A DNA stretch of 52,711 bases from Candidatus Eiseniibacteriota bacterium (GTDB lineage: Bacteria > Eisenbacteria > RBG-16-71-46), in assembly GCA_005893295.1 (NCBI GenBank), contig VBOY01000007.1, positions 27,591 through 80,301 on the forward strand. Direction: 5' to 3'. Below, piece by piece: positions 1 to 8,130 of the stretch. Each line of letters starts with the position of its first letter. The stretch's first letter is position 1. The notes below the pieces were generated by a model. The model saw only the letters and a program-made list of their open reading frames with translations, was not told the DNA's origin and did no database searches. Both the position numbers and the translations under genes were made by a program.

Positions 1-873
1 ATCTTCGCCTGAGAAGCGCCACGTGAAGCTGTGGCGTCCCGCGGGCAGGGTTCGATCGATCAAGGTCCGCACCACCCGGCCGCCGATGTCGAGAAGGCGA
101 ACCTGCACTGCCGCGCCGTGCGGCAGCACGAAGCCGTACGCCATCCCATCCCTGACCGGGTTGGGCGTGGGAGGGCTCAACCTCAGCGAGCCTTCCGTGG
201 TTCCGTCCCCCACCGCCACGGTGCTCACGATCGTGCCCGAACTGTGGAGGTTGTTGGTGAAGGTCGCGGGGCCGGTCGTGAGCGCGTAGTCGGCCGCGTT
301 GTTGGTGCTAGGAGCGCTGGCGCTGAACTGGAACAGCAAAGCCTGCCCGTTGCTCGAAGGCAGGGGCCCTGGAAACGGCGGATTGAAGTTGCCGTCGGCG
401 TCGTTCGTGACGCTTCCTAGGCCGGAGCCGGTGTAGCTCGCGCCCCCCCAGCTCAACCGCCACAGGATCGTGCCGAAGTCGTCCTCGAACGTGAGCGAGC
501 CTGCCGCCAAGTAGGACGCCGGGATCGGGTTGGTGAGCACGAAGTCGGGCGTGAGGGCAGGATTCGTGTGGCTGGAGAAGTTCGAGGTCGCGGCGAGCAC
601 CCGGTCGCCCGCCGCGCCGTTCGGCACAGACGTCGTGAAATCGATCAGCAGCACGGGATTGGCTCCCGCCGCGTCGCGTACCAGAAGGCGCCCCTGCTGC
701 ACCAGGTTCTGGCCGGCCGCGCGCATCCGCAGCTGAACCGCCTGAACGTTGGTTGCGCCGTCCACGCCGCCGATGACCTGCTCGATCTGCATCAAGTGAA
801 ACGTGGCGCTGGCGGGCTGCGCAACCAGCGCGGCCAACGAGATGGCCGGAAGCAGGATCCGGAGGGTCTTCAT
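1..873 (-). CDS. Secreted protein with a C-terminal T9SS type A sorting / FlgD-Ig-like domain (runs off the window start)
   Basis: Hand-translated from ATG at 873, with a GGAGA Shine-Dalgarno (SD) upstream. Signal peptide MKTLRILLPAISLAALVAQPASA; the frame is open to base 1. It ends ...LRLSPPTPNPVRDGMAYGFVLPHGAAVQVRLLDIGGRVVRTLIDRTLPAGRHSFTW, matching the PNP...DxxGRxVxTL...G.H...W pattern of this domain. Absent from the ORF track. Confidence 0.85.
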   Translation of the reverse strand, partial: MKTLRILLPAISLAALVAQPASATFHLMQIEQVIGGVDGATNVQAVQLRMRAAGQNLVQQGRLLVRDAAGANPVLLIDFTTSVPNGAAGDRVLAATSNFSSHTNPALTPDFVLTNPIPASYLAAGSLTFEDDFGTILWRLSWGGASYTGSGLGSVTNDADGNFNPPFPGPLPSSNGQALLFQFSASAPSTNNAADYALTTGPATFTNNLHSSGTIVSTVAVGDGTTEGSLRLSPPTPNPVRDGMAYGFVLPHGAAVQVRLLDIGGRVVRTLIDRTLPAGRHSFTWRFSGED

Positions 874-985
874 GATGGCGTCTCCGTGCACCCGAGTGGT
901 CTCGCGACGGTCCGGACTCCAAGCCTCGGCAACACTGCAGCTACCCGTATAGTCCCGCGGGACGCCCGATCGTTACACACCGTGG

Positions 986-2206
986 GTGCAGCGCATAACG
1001 CCGTTCGAAAGTCGTTCCCGCTGGGCGAGCGACCCTGCTAGGTTCGCGAGGGTCCAGATTGCCTTGGCGCTCACGTCGTTCGGCGCTCTGCTGCTGGCGC
1101 GCGGCGGCGGCGCGGTGCCACTCTACGCGACTCGCACCGGGTTGCTGTGCGGAACCTGCCACTTCGATCCCAACGGCGGTGGTCCACGAAACGAATTTGG
1201 CTTCGCGTTCGCGCGGAACCGCCACCAGATCGAGCCGGAAGACACCACCAGCCAGTGGGCAGACCTGAACGTCGTCAACCGACTCGGCGACAACGTGCCC
1301 ATCTACATCGGCGTGAACCAACGCTTCATGTTGCTCGCCGATGGCACCCGCCAGATCCCCGGGATCGACCGGATCGGCTTCTTCAGCATGGAGAACGCCT
1401 TTCACCTGACGATTCAGCCCCATTCCAAGCTCACGCTGGTCTATACGCGAGACGGATTCGACGCGGGCTCCACCACTCGGGATGCGTTCGGGATGATCGG
1501 GGGTGGCCCGTGGTACATCAAGGCCGGGCGCTTCCGCACGCCGTTCGGCCTGCGCATGGACGACCACACCGTGGCGACCCGGAACTCGTTCCTCGATTTC
1601 TATTCGGGCCAGAGCTTCCTCCCCTACGATCCGCGGATGCCTGACATGGGTGTGGAGTTCGGGCTCGAGCAAGGCGGCTTCTTCGAGCGCGGCGCGTTCA
1701 CCGACGGCCAGTCCCATCCCTTCGGGCCTCAAGGGCGCGCCCAGACCGAGACCATCAAGCTCGGCTACCGCAGCGCGTGGCATCAGGGAGGCGTGTCCTT
1801 CTACGACGAGTATCGCGGCAGCACCGGTTCGCTGCGACGCGCCACCCGCTGGGGCTACTACGGGCTCACGCGCCTGGGTCCGCTCCAGATGCTCGGTGAG
1901 GTCGCGGCGGGAACGGACGAGGACCTGGGGGGAGACAAGACCAACCTGCTCGCCGGTTTCGGCGAGCTCGACTACCCCCCGGTACGCTGGCTCAACTTCC
2001 GCCTGCGCTTCGACCGCCTCGAGCTCGACCGGGCCGTCGACCCCGTGGTCCGTGACCTGAACACGTTCAATCGCTTTGCCATCGAAGGCGAGGTGGTGCC
2101 GGTGCCGTTCGCGGAGCTGCGGTGGACGGTGCGCCGCATCGATGCCAAGGCCAGCTCTCTCGCCGACGAGACCCAGGGGTACCTCCAGTTCCACTTCTCT
2201 TACTGA
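986..2206 (+). CDS. Monoheme cytochrome c / outer-membrane beta-barrel fusion (Cyc2-like)
   Basis: Hydrophobic signal segment, then VPLYATRTGLLCGTCHFDPNGGGPRNEFG (single CxxCH at 1148-1162), amphipathic beta strands, and a C-terminal aromatic beta-signal YLQFHFSY. Exact start is uncertain. Confidence 0.75.
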   Translation: MQRITPFESRSRWASDPARFARVQIALALTSFGALLLARGGGAVPLYATRTGLLCGTCHFDPNGGGPRNEFGFAFARNRHQIEPEDTTSQWADLNVVNRLGDNVPIYIGVNQRFMLLADGTRQIPGIDRIGFFSMENAFHLTIQPHSKLTLVYTRDGFDAGSTTRDAFGMIGGGPWYIKAGRFRTPFGLRMDDHTVATRNSFLDFYSGQSFLPYDPRMPDMGVEFGLEQGGFFERGAFTDGQSHPFGPQGRAQTETIKLGYRSAWHQGGVSFYDEYRGSTGSLRRATRWGYYGLTRLGPLQMLGEVAAGTDEDLGGDKTNLLAGFGELDYPPVRWLNFRLRFDRLELDRAVDPVVRDLNTFNRFAIEGEVVPVPFAELRWTVRRIDAKASSLADETQGYLQFHFSY

Positions 2207-2256
2207 GCGGCCGAGTCTGGCTGGACGCTGCCTCCCTCCGCACCACGTCCCGCGCC

Positions 2257-2284
2257 TCAAGCGCGGCGACGGCAAGACCGATAA
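2257..2284 (+). promoter_or_regulatory. Possible sigma28 (FliA)-like promoter
   Basis: TCAA-N16-ACCGATAA upstream of the kinase. The canonical form is TAAA-N15-GCCGATAA. Confidence 0.3.
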
Positions 2285-2323
2285 TCCAGATCAGCCGTCC
2301 GCATCGACCTGTGAGGAGCTCCC

Positions 2324-4417
2324 TTGCCATCCCATTCCCATCCTCCATTCCCCTCGAGTGGTGTCGAACGCCCGCTGGTGGAGCACCTCGGCCCGGTGCT
2401 CGAGGCCATGCCGATCCCGATGTTGTTCGTGGACGCGAGCCGGCGCGTGCGCCTGTGGAACCGGACCTTGGCGTTGCTCCTCGACCGCCCGGCCGAGTCG
2501 ATCGCCGGCCGAACGCTCGAGGACCTGGTCGACCCACGCGACCGCGCCGGCGTGATCGAGACCTTGGAGCCCGGAAGATCGGGGCGCACCGGCCAGGTGA
2601 GCCGGCTCACTCTGCCCGCCTGCTCGGGTCAAGAAATGATGGTCACCTGGCTCGAGCTGGTCGACAACGATCAGATCGCGGGCTGGCTGGTCCGGCTGTG
2701 GTCCAATCCCCCGACCGCGCGGCTCGAGCGACCGCTCCAGGACATGCTCTATCATGAGAAAGCGCTGCGCGACAAGCTCACCGCGCTCCTCACTGTGAGC
2801 CAGACGGTCGTCCAATCGCTGGATCTGGGGACCATCCTCGCCACGATCACGCAGCAGGTGCGCGCCGTCATCCAGGTGGACGAATGCACGGTGTTCATGC
2901 TCGACGAGCGCGACCAGATGCTCAAGCCGGTGGCCTGCGACGTGAAGTCGTTCCGCGAAGAAGTCATGGGGATGACTCTCAAGGTGGGCGAGGGGATCAC
3001 GGGCACCGTGGCGCTGACCGGCAAGGGCGAGATCGTGAACGTGGCCGAGAGCGATCCGCGCGCCGTCCAGGTTCCGGGCACGCCCGAGGAGCAGGCGGCG
3101 CTGCTGTGCGTGCCGCTGCCCGCCCGCGAGCGGGTCCTCGGCGTGCTCACGCTGGCCCGCATCGGTACCCGGTTCTTCGTACAGGAGGATCTCGAGCTGG
3201 CGACCTTGTTCGCGGCCCAGTGCAGCACCGCGATCACGAACGCGCGCATGTACGAACAGGTCAAACAGGCGTATGACGAGCTGCGCGAGGCTCAGGCCCA
3301 GCTTGTCCAGTCGGCTAAGTTGACCGCTCTCGGCGAAATGGCCGGCGGCGTGGCCCACGACTTCAACAACATCCTTTCGGCGATTCTCGGGCGCACCCAG
3401 CTCTTGCAGCGGGGCAGCACGGACCCCGAGATGCTTCGTCAGCTGCGCATCATCGAGCAGGCAGCGCTGGATGGAGCGATGACCGTGCGCCGCGTCCAGG
3501 AGTTCACGCGCGTGCGGCACGACGAGCGGTTCGAGACGCTCGACGTCAATCCCGTGCTGCTGGGCGTGGTGGAGCTGACCCGCTCCGCGTGGCAGACGCG
3601 GGCCAAAGAGCGCGGCATCCCGATCGAGGCTCGCCTCGACCTGCGTTCGAGGGGGACCATCGCCGGCAACCCCTCGGAGCTGCGAGAGGTATTCACGAAC
3701 ATGGTCTTGAACGCGGTCGACGCCATGCCGGCGGGCGGGCGTCTGTCGATCTCGAGCGAGGACGTCGATTCCGAGCTGTTGGTGCGAATCCGCGACACCG
3801 GGACCGGCATGGACGCCAGGACGAAGGCCCGGGTCTTCGATCCGTTCTTCACCACTAAGCCGGTCCAGGGGACCGGCCTCGGGCTCTCGGTCGCCTACGG
3901 GATCGTCACCCGCCACCACGGCCACATCACGGTCGAGAGCGAAGTGGGAGCAGGGACCGAGTTCACGGTTCACCTGCCTCGTGGACAGGTGGAGGGGACC
4001 GCGCAGTCGTCGCCGCGGAGTCAGGTCACGCCCGCGGCGCTCCGCATCCTGGTGGTGGACGACGAGCAGGCGGTCCTCGACGTGCTGGTGGACATGCTGG
4101 CGGCCCGCGGCCACCAGGTCGAGCCCGCCCTCGGCGGGGAGGCGGCGATCGCCGCGCTGGCGAAGGTGCGCCCCCAAGTCGTCTTCTCCGACCTCGGGAT
4201 GCCCGGACTCAATGGCTGGGACATCGCGCAGCGGGTGAAGGCGGACCTGCCCGGAACGACGGTCGTGCTCGTCACCGGCTGGGGCGTGCAGCTCGACGAG
4301 GCGTCGGCGCAGCGGCGGGGCGTGGACCACATCCTGCCCAAGCCGTTCTCGATCGAGGACATCGAACGGGTGCTGGGACAGCTCACGGCTGCGCCCGATC
4401 GGCGGGCGGTCGCCTAG
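2324..4417 (+). CDS. Cytoplasmic hybrid sensor histidine kinase (PAS-GAF-HisKA-HATPase-REC)
   Basis: H-box GGVAHDFNNIL, N-box NMVLNAVDAM, DTGTGM, FDPFFTTK, GTGLGL; receiver ILVVDDE...FSDLGMPG...KPF. GAGGAG SD before TTG at 2324. Confidence 0.95.
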   Translation: MPSHSHPPFPSSGVERPLVEHLGPVLEAMPIPMLFVDASRRVRLWNRTLALLLDRPAESIAGRTLEDLVDPRDRAGVIETLEPGRSGRTGQVSRLTLPACSGQEMMVTWLELVDNDQIAGWLVRLWSNPPTARLERPLQDMLYHEKALRDKLTALLTVSQTVVQSLDLGTILATITQQVRAVIQVDECTVFMLDERDQMLKPVACDVKSFREEVMGMTLKVGEGITGTVALTGKGEIVNVAESDPRAVQVPGTPEEQAALLCVPLPARERVLGVLTLARIGTRFFVQEDLELATLFAAQCSTAITNARMYEQVKQAYDELREAQAQLVQSAKLTALGEMAGGVAHDFNNILSAILGRTQLLQRGSTDPEMLRQLRIIEQAALDGAMTVRRVQEFTRVRHDERFETLDVNPVLLGVVELTRSAWQTRAKERGIPIEARLDLRSRGTIAGNPSELREVFTNMVLNAVDAMPAGGRLSISSEDVDSELLVRIRDTGTGMDARTKARVFDPFFTTKPVQGTGLGLSVAYGIVTRHHGHITVESEVGAGTEFTVHLPRGQVEGTAQSSPRSQVTPAALRILVVDDEQAVLDVLVDMLAARGHQVEPALGGEAAIAALAKVRPQVVFSDLGMPGLNGWDIAQRVKADLPGTTVVLVTGWGVQLDEASAQRRGVDHILPKPFSIEDIERVLGQLTAAPDRRAVA

Positions 4418-4427
4418 ACCACCGCTC

Positions 4428-4455
4428 TCAACTTTTTCTTTCTCCGCGTCGATAC
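4428..4455 (+). promoter_or_regulatory. Possible sigma28-like promoter
   Basis: TCAA-N16-GTCGATAC, the same spacing as the site at 2257. Confidence 0.25.
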
Positions 4456-4507
4456 CCTTTTCGCCCGTTCGTTTCTCGCCACTTTCCTACCGAGAATCGG
4501 AGTCCCC

Positions 4508-5110
4508 ATGTTACTTCCCGTCGTGTTGATGCTGGCCCATACGATGCTTTCCGTCGGGTTCGGAGCGGATGGCGCCACGCTGCGCCCCGCGTCGCGACCG
4601 CAGGCGCCGTCCTCTCCCCAGGGTCTCGGGCCCGAGCCGCCGCTCGCGGTGGTCAGCGCCGGGGAACCGGCCCCCAACTTCTCGTACCAGGGCACCGATG
4701 GACACTGGCGAGGTCTACGCGATCTGACCGACAAGGGGGCGGTGTTGCTGGCGTTTGCCCCCCGCGAGCACAACCTGATCCGGCTCCAGCGTGAGCGCGA
4801 AGCGCTGCTCGACCTGGGTGTGATTCCGGTGGCGTTGGTGGAGCTGAGGCCCGGCTCCGCGCGGTCCCTGGTGCGCCGGCTCGGGCTGACCTACACGGTG
4901 CTCTCGGATCCACGCTGCGTGATCGCTTCCCAGTTCAACGTCGTGGATCCAATCACGCAATCTGCGGTCCCTTCGTGGTTCATCGTCGACCGCCGCGGCA
5001 GGGTACGGGCTCTGAGGCGAGGCAGCCTGCCGGTCTCCGGCTACCCCACGGTCGCCGCGCGGGCTCTCGGGCTGCCGCTTCCCGGTGCCACGCTGCCCAG
5101 CCATCGCTAG
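4508..5110 (+). CDS. Exported AhpC/TSA (redoxin) fold protein lacking the catalytic Cys motif
   Basis: N-terminal hydrophobic segment; GEPAPNFSY...KGAVLLAF...YTVLSDP...IASQFNV...PSWFIVDRRGRVR. No CxxC or TxxC after the VLLAF strand. Confidence 0.8.
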   Translation: MLLPVVLMLAHTMLSVGFGADGATLRPASRPQAPSSPQGLGPEPPLAVVSAGEPAPNFSYQGTDGHWRGLRDLTDKGAVLLAFAPREHNLIRLQREREALLDLGVIPVALVELRPGSARSLVRRLGLTYTVLSDPRCVIASQFNVVDPITQSAVPSWFIVDRRGRVRALRRGSLPVSGYPTVAARALGLPLPGATLPSHR

Positions 5111-5159
5111 CGTGGCAGCCATCCCAAGGAGCGCCCCGGGCCACGCGGCCGGGCGTTAG

Positions 5160-5350
5160 CAGGCTGCTGAAAAAGCCCGACTGCTGCGTTGCTCGGTCGC
5201 TCTTCGCTGCCATGAAAATAGAAGGTCTTCCCCGCCCCATTTTCATCGATCGTGGTGCGCCTCAAGGCGCCTTGGGTCTGCGGAGTATCTAAAGATACGC
5301 CTCGCTCGTCGCTTCCTCGCGCCTTGCATTCGGGCTTTTTCAGCAGCCTG
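5160..5350. mobile_element. MITE (non-autonomous, IS5-like ends), 191 bp
   Basis: Perfect 21-bp terminal inverted repeats CAGGCTGCTGAAAAAGCCCGA (5160-5180) and TCGGGCTTTTTCAGCAGCCTG (5330-5350), flanked by TTAG direct repeats (5156-5159, 5351-5354). No transposase. Confidence 0.9.
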
Positions 5351-5929
5351 TTAGAGGTTGGTGAGCGTGAATCGTGCCAGATCGACGATCTGGTCGGCCG
5401 GGATCGACTGGCCGAGCAGCGCGAGACGAACCGTTCCGGTGCGGTCGAGGATCACGAACCCCGGCTCGGTCTCGCCGTGCACCGAGTCGAAGAGGCCGTA
5501 GAGCGCCGAGATCTCGCCGGTCGGATCCGCGAGCAGCTCGAAGGGGATGTCCTCGCGTTGGGCGAACGCCCGGAGCGCCTGCGGGGAGTCCTTGGACACG
5601 CCCAGCATCACGAATCCGAGCCGCGTCATGGTGGTGTCGATTCCCTTGAGGGCCGCGAACTGGCGGTGGTCCCCGGTGAAATGGAGCAGCACCAAGTACC
5701 CGCGCAGCCTCGACAGCACCACGGTGCGCTCACGCGAGCTGGTGAGCTCGAAATCGGGAGCCCGCTCGCCCACGTACACCCTGCCCGCGACCCTGAGCTG
5801 GGCGACCGAGACCCGTTCGTCCCTGGGGCGCGGGGGGCGGGTCGGTCCAGTGGGCTTGGTCTCGGTCTGGGCCAACGCCAGGGCCGGCGCCATGCAGGCG
5901 ATGAGCGGCAGAGCAGTCCTGATTCTCAT
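5351..5929 (-). CDS. Exported AhpC/TSA (Bcp-like) redoxin fold protein lacking the peroxidatic Cys
   Basis: Signal peptide MRIRTALPLIACMAPALALA|Q; VGERAPDFEL...GYLVLLHF...LGVSKDS...FELLADPTGEISALYG...FVILDRTGTVR. No Cys in the mature chain. Confidence 0.85.
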   Translation of the reverse strand: MRIRTALPLIACMAPALALAQTETKPTGPTRPPRPRDERVSVAQLRVAGRVYVGERAPDFELTSSRERTVVLSRLRGYLVLLHFTGDHRQFAALKGIDTTMTRLGFVMLGVSKDSPQALRAFAQREDIPFELLADPTGEISALYGLFDSVHGETEPGFVILDRTGTVRLALLGQSIPADQIVDLARFTLTNL

Positions 5930-6963
5930 GGGGACACCTCCTTACGAGACGACGCGGCCTTGGGCGGGCGCGTCGCGCGTGCCTCGACCGCGCGGCGCAC
6001 GGCGTCGAGCTGGGCCGGCGCCGTGGTCGGTGGCATCGAGCAGCCGGGGGCCGCGAGCCAGCGCCGGCCTCCGCTCGCTTCGAACCCCCGTTCCACTTCG
6101 GCCTCGAGCCGCTCGGGCGTCGGCTGTTGGAGCGCGTCTTCCTGCGAGATGCCGCCCATCACGGCACCCGGGAGTCGGGCGAGCGCCTCCGTGAGCGATG
6201 GATTGGTCGTGTCGGTGGCGTCGTAAGAGAAGGCCGCCACCGGGTAATCGGCCAGCTCGAGCAGCAGGTTGCGGCGCTTGCAGACGTGGAGGACGTTGAA
6301 CGGGGCACCCCGAGCCGCCGCGAGCAGCCTCAGGTCCAGGGCGCGCGCCCAGGCCCGGTATTCCTCGACGCTCATGCGGTCCCGGGTCGCCCAGTCGGTG
6401 GTCGCGAGGAAGATGCCATCGGCTCCGGCTTCGAGCACGCGCCGCACGTACCCCTCGAACGTCACCGTCACCGCCTCGAGCGCGGTGCGAACGGTTTCGG
6501 GATCGGTCGCCATGTGGCGTTTGAGATCGCCCGGCTCCGGAACCATCTCGGCCAGGATCGCGAGCGGCGTGAACACGGTCTGGACGAACGCGACCTCGGC
6601 CGGGAGGCGGTCTCGCAGCATCCGCACCGCTTCGAGCTGCTCGCCCAGGGCCCCCCGATCGGGCGGGCGTGGAGTGACCAGCCTGAGCTCGGAAGCCTCG
6701 TGCACCGGCCAGCGCTCGAGCGTCGGCTTGTCCGCCGGGCCGCCCGCGTAGCGGTAGCGCACTCCCCAGTCCTCGACGTGGTAATGCTTGCGAGGGTTGA
6801 GCTTCACCCAGTCCCAGGCATGTCGTCGCTGGAGTTCGACGGTGGCTGAGACCAGATCGCGCGCGGAGCTCTCGCGGTCGTAGACGTGCCCCCAGAAAGA
6901 AACCGGGGGGCGGTCGACCGGCTCGCCTCGCAGTGCGGCCCACACACGCTCGCGCGGCTTCAC
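5926..6963 (-). CDS. Uroporphyrinogen decarboxylase (URO-D) family protein
   Basis: KPRERVWAALRGEPVDRPPVSFWGH, AGADGIF, LHVC, MGGI, LAAPGCSMP. GGAGG SD before GTG at 6963. ATGA overlap with the downstream redoxin. Confidence 0.85.
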   Translation of the reverse strand: MKPRERVWAALRGEPVDRPPVSFWGHVYDRESSARDLVSATVELQRRHAWDWVKLNPRKHYHVEDWGVRYRYAGGPADKPTLERWPVHEASELRLVTPRPPDRGALGEQLEAVRMLRDRLPAEVAFVQTVFTPLAILAEMVPEPGDLKRHMATDPETVRTALEAVTVTFEGYVRRVLEAGADGIFLATTDWATRDRMSVEEYRAWARALDLRLLAAARGAPFNVLHVCKRRNLLLELADYPVAAFSYDATDTTNPSLTEALARLPGAVMGGISQEDALQQPTPERLEAEVERGFEASGGRRWLAAPGCSMPPTTAPAQLDAVRRAVEARATRPPKAASSRKEVSP

Positions 6964-7061
6964 GCGAGGACCTCCGGTACCAGGGCGATGGAGTGCCCCG
7001 ATCGGCTGTGCGTCACCGCTCGACTCTAGTCCAGACATGGCGGCGCGACAAGCGGCTCGCC

Positions 7062-7090
7062 TTGATCCGCCGCGAGCGAGTCCCTAGCGT
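7062..7090 (+). promoter_or_regulatory. Sigma70-type promoter, leaderless arrangement (tonB)
   Basis: TTGATC-N17-TAGCGT, 7 nt upstream of ATG 7098. Confidence 0.5.
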
Positions 7091-7097
7091 CTCAGCA

Positions 7098-7639
7098 ATG
7101 GTCCGGTTTCCTGCGCGGATCGCTTGGGCCCTCGGCGACCTCCGAGGCATCCGCGACCACCCATGGTCCTTCCCGTCGACGTGCTCGCCGATACCGGACG
7201 AGGCGAGCGGTTGGCGGTGCGGCCGCCCCCGCGCGTGTGGCTGGCGCGCGTGGCTTCCGCACCCTCTACGCCGGCGAGCGCTCCCGCGCGACCGCCGCTC
7301 GCCGACGCGCCGCTCCCGGGAGCGGCTCCGGATGCGGTGGAGTGGCCGGCGCCACCCGCTCTCGACGTGGATCCTGGGCTCAAGCCGCCCCTGCCGCAGG
7401 CGCGCGCGCCGCTCGAAATCCCGCCGGGCTCGAGGAGCGGGTTCGTCGAGCTCGACGTCCAAGTCGACGAGCGCGGCACGGTGTCCGAGGCGCGCTGGGC
7501 CGGAGGCAGCGCGGACAGCGCCCATGTGGGCGCGGCGACACGCTGCGCGCGGGCGATGCGTTTCTATCCGGCGCTTAGGGCCGGTCGTCCAGTGGCCGTG
7601 TGGTGCCGACAGAGATTCGACTTTCCCGACGGCCGCTGA
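7098..7639 (+). pseudogene. tonB: Energy transducer TonB family protein, apparently frameshifted near 7137 with the membrane anchor missing
   Basis: Pro-rich linker plus TonB_C (GFVELDVQVDERGTV...AMRFYPA..AGRPVAVW...FDF) in the 7124 frame. The promoter-supported ATG 7098 (MVRFPARIAWALG) is in another frame, and no transmembrane helix is present. Confidence 0.6.
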
Positions 7640-7674
7640 GGCCCTCGCCGTGCCACGCGTGCGCCCCCGCTCGA

Positions 7675-8030
7675 TCAGGCCGTGTCGGGCTCGCTCCACA
7701 CGTGGCGAGTGCGCGTGACCTCGAAGCCTTCGGATCGATAGAGCCGGAGCGCCGATTCGTTGTCGCCGTCCACCATGAGCCACGCGCGCGGCGCCTCCTT
7801 GCGCTCGAGCCAGCCCACGGCCCAGCGCAGCAACGCTCGGCCGAGCCCGATCCCACGCGCCGGCCGGCGGGCCGCCCGTCTTGGTCGGCCACCCAGATCG
7901 CGCGCCGGCTGGAGGCCGGATCGTCGAGGTGACCGGGTCGTGAGAGCCAGTCGAACTCGGGGGCGAGCGAAGGGTCTGCGAGCAGGGGCTCGAGCTCGGC
8001 CCTCACGGCGACGCGGATCACGAGGCTCAC
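7675..8030 (-). pseudogene. GNAT N-acetyltransferase with an internal deletion/frameshift near 7860
   Basis: The N-terminal part ...IWVADQDGRPAG switches frame to RGIGLGRALLRWAVGWL...LMVDGDNESALRLYRSEGFEV...DTA* (motifs A and B). TGA at 7677-7675. Confidence 0.75.
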
Positions 8031-8036
8031 CGACCG

Positions 8037-8065
8037 AAGCTAGGAAGCGGTGAGCGCGCCGTCAA
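8037..8065 (-). promoter_or_regulatory. Sigma70-type promoter, leaderless GNAT
   Basis: On the minus strand: TTGACG-N17-TAGCTT-N6-GTG(8030). Confidence 0.6.
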
Positions 8066-8092
8066 GGCGGGGCCGCTCTCGTGCCGCTCGCG

Positions 8093-8121
8093 TTGACCCT
8101 CTCCCGACGCGATGCTAGCGT
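8093..8121 (+). promoter_or_regulatory. Sigma70-type promoter for rfaE1
   Basis: TTGACC-N17-TAGCGT with a TG extension, 9 nt before ATG 8131. Confidence 0.55.
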
Positions 8122-8130
8122 GCCGCGCCG

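Noticed and set aside
4508-5929. Selenocysteine recoding as the reason the redoxins lack Cys
   Set aside because: Neither ORF has an in-frame TGA at the active-site position.
5252-6226. ORFs starting in or crossing the MITE, reading SRLLKK or FFSSLL
   Set aside because: These peptides are translations of the inverted repeats and of the antisense strand of real genes, not a transposase.
5926-6963. Calling the URO-D family gene hemE
   Set aside because: It has PVSFWGH instead of the HemE PVWxMRQAGR signature, so its substrate is unknown.
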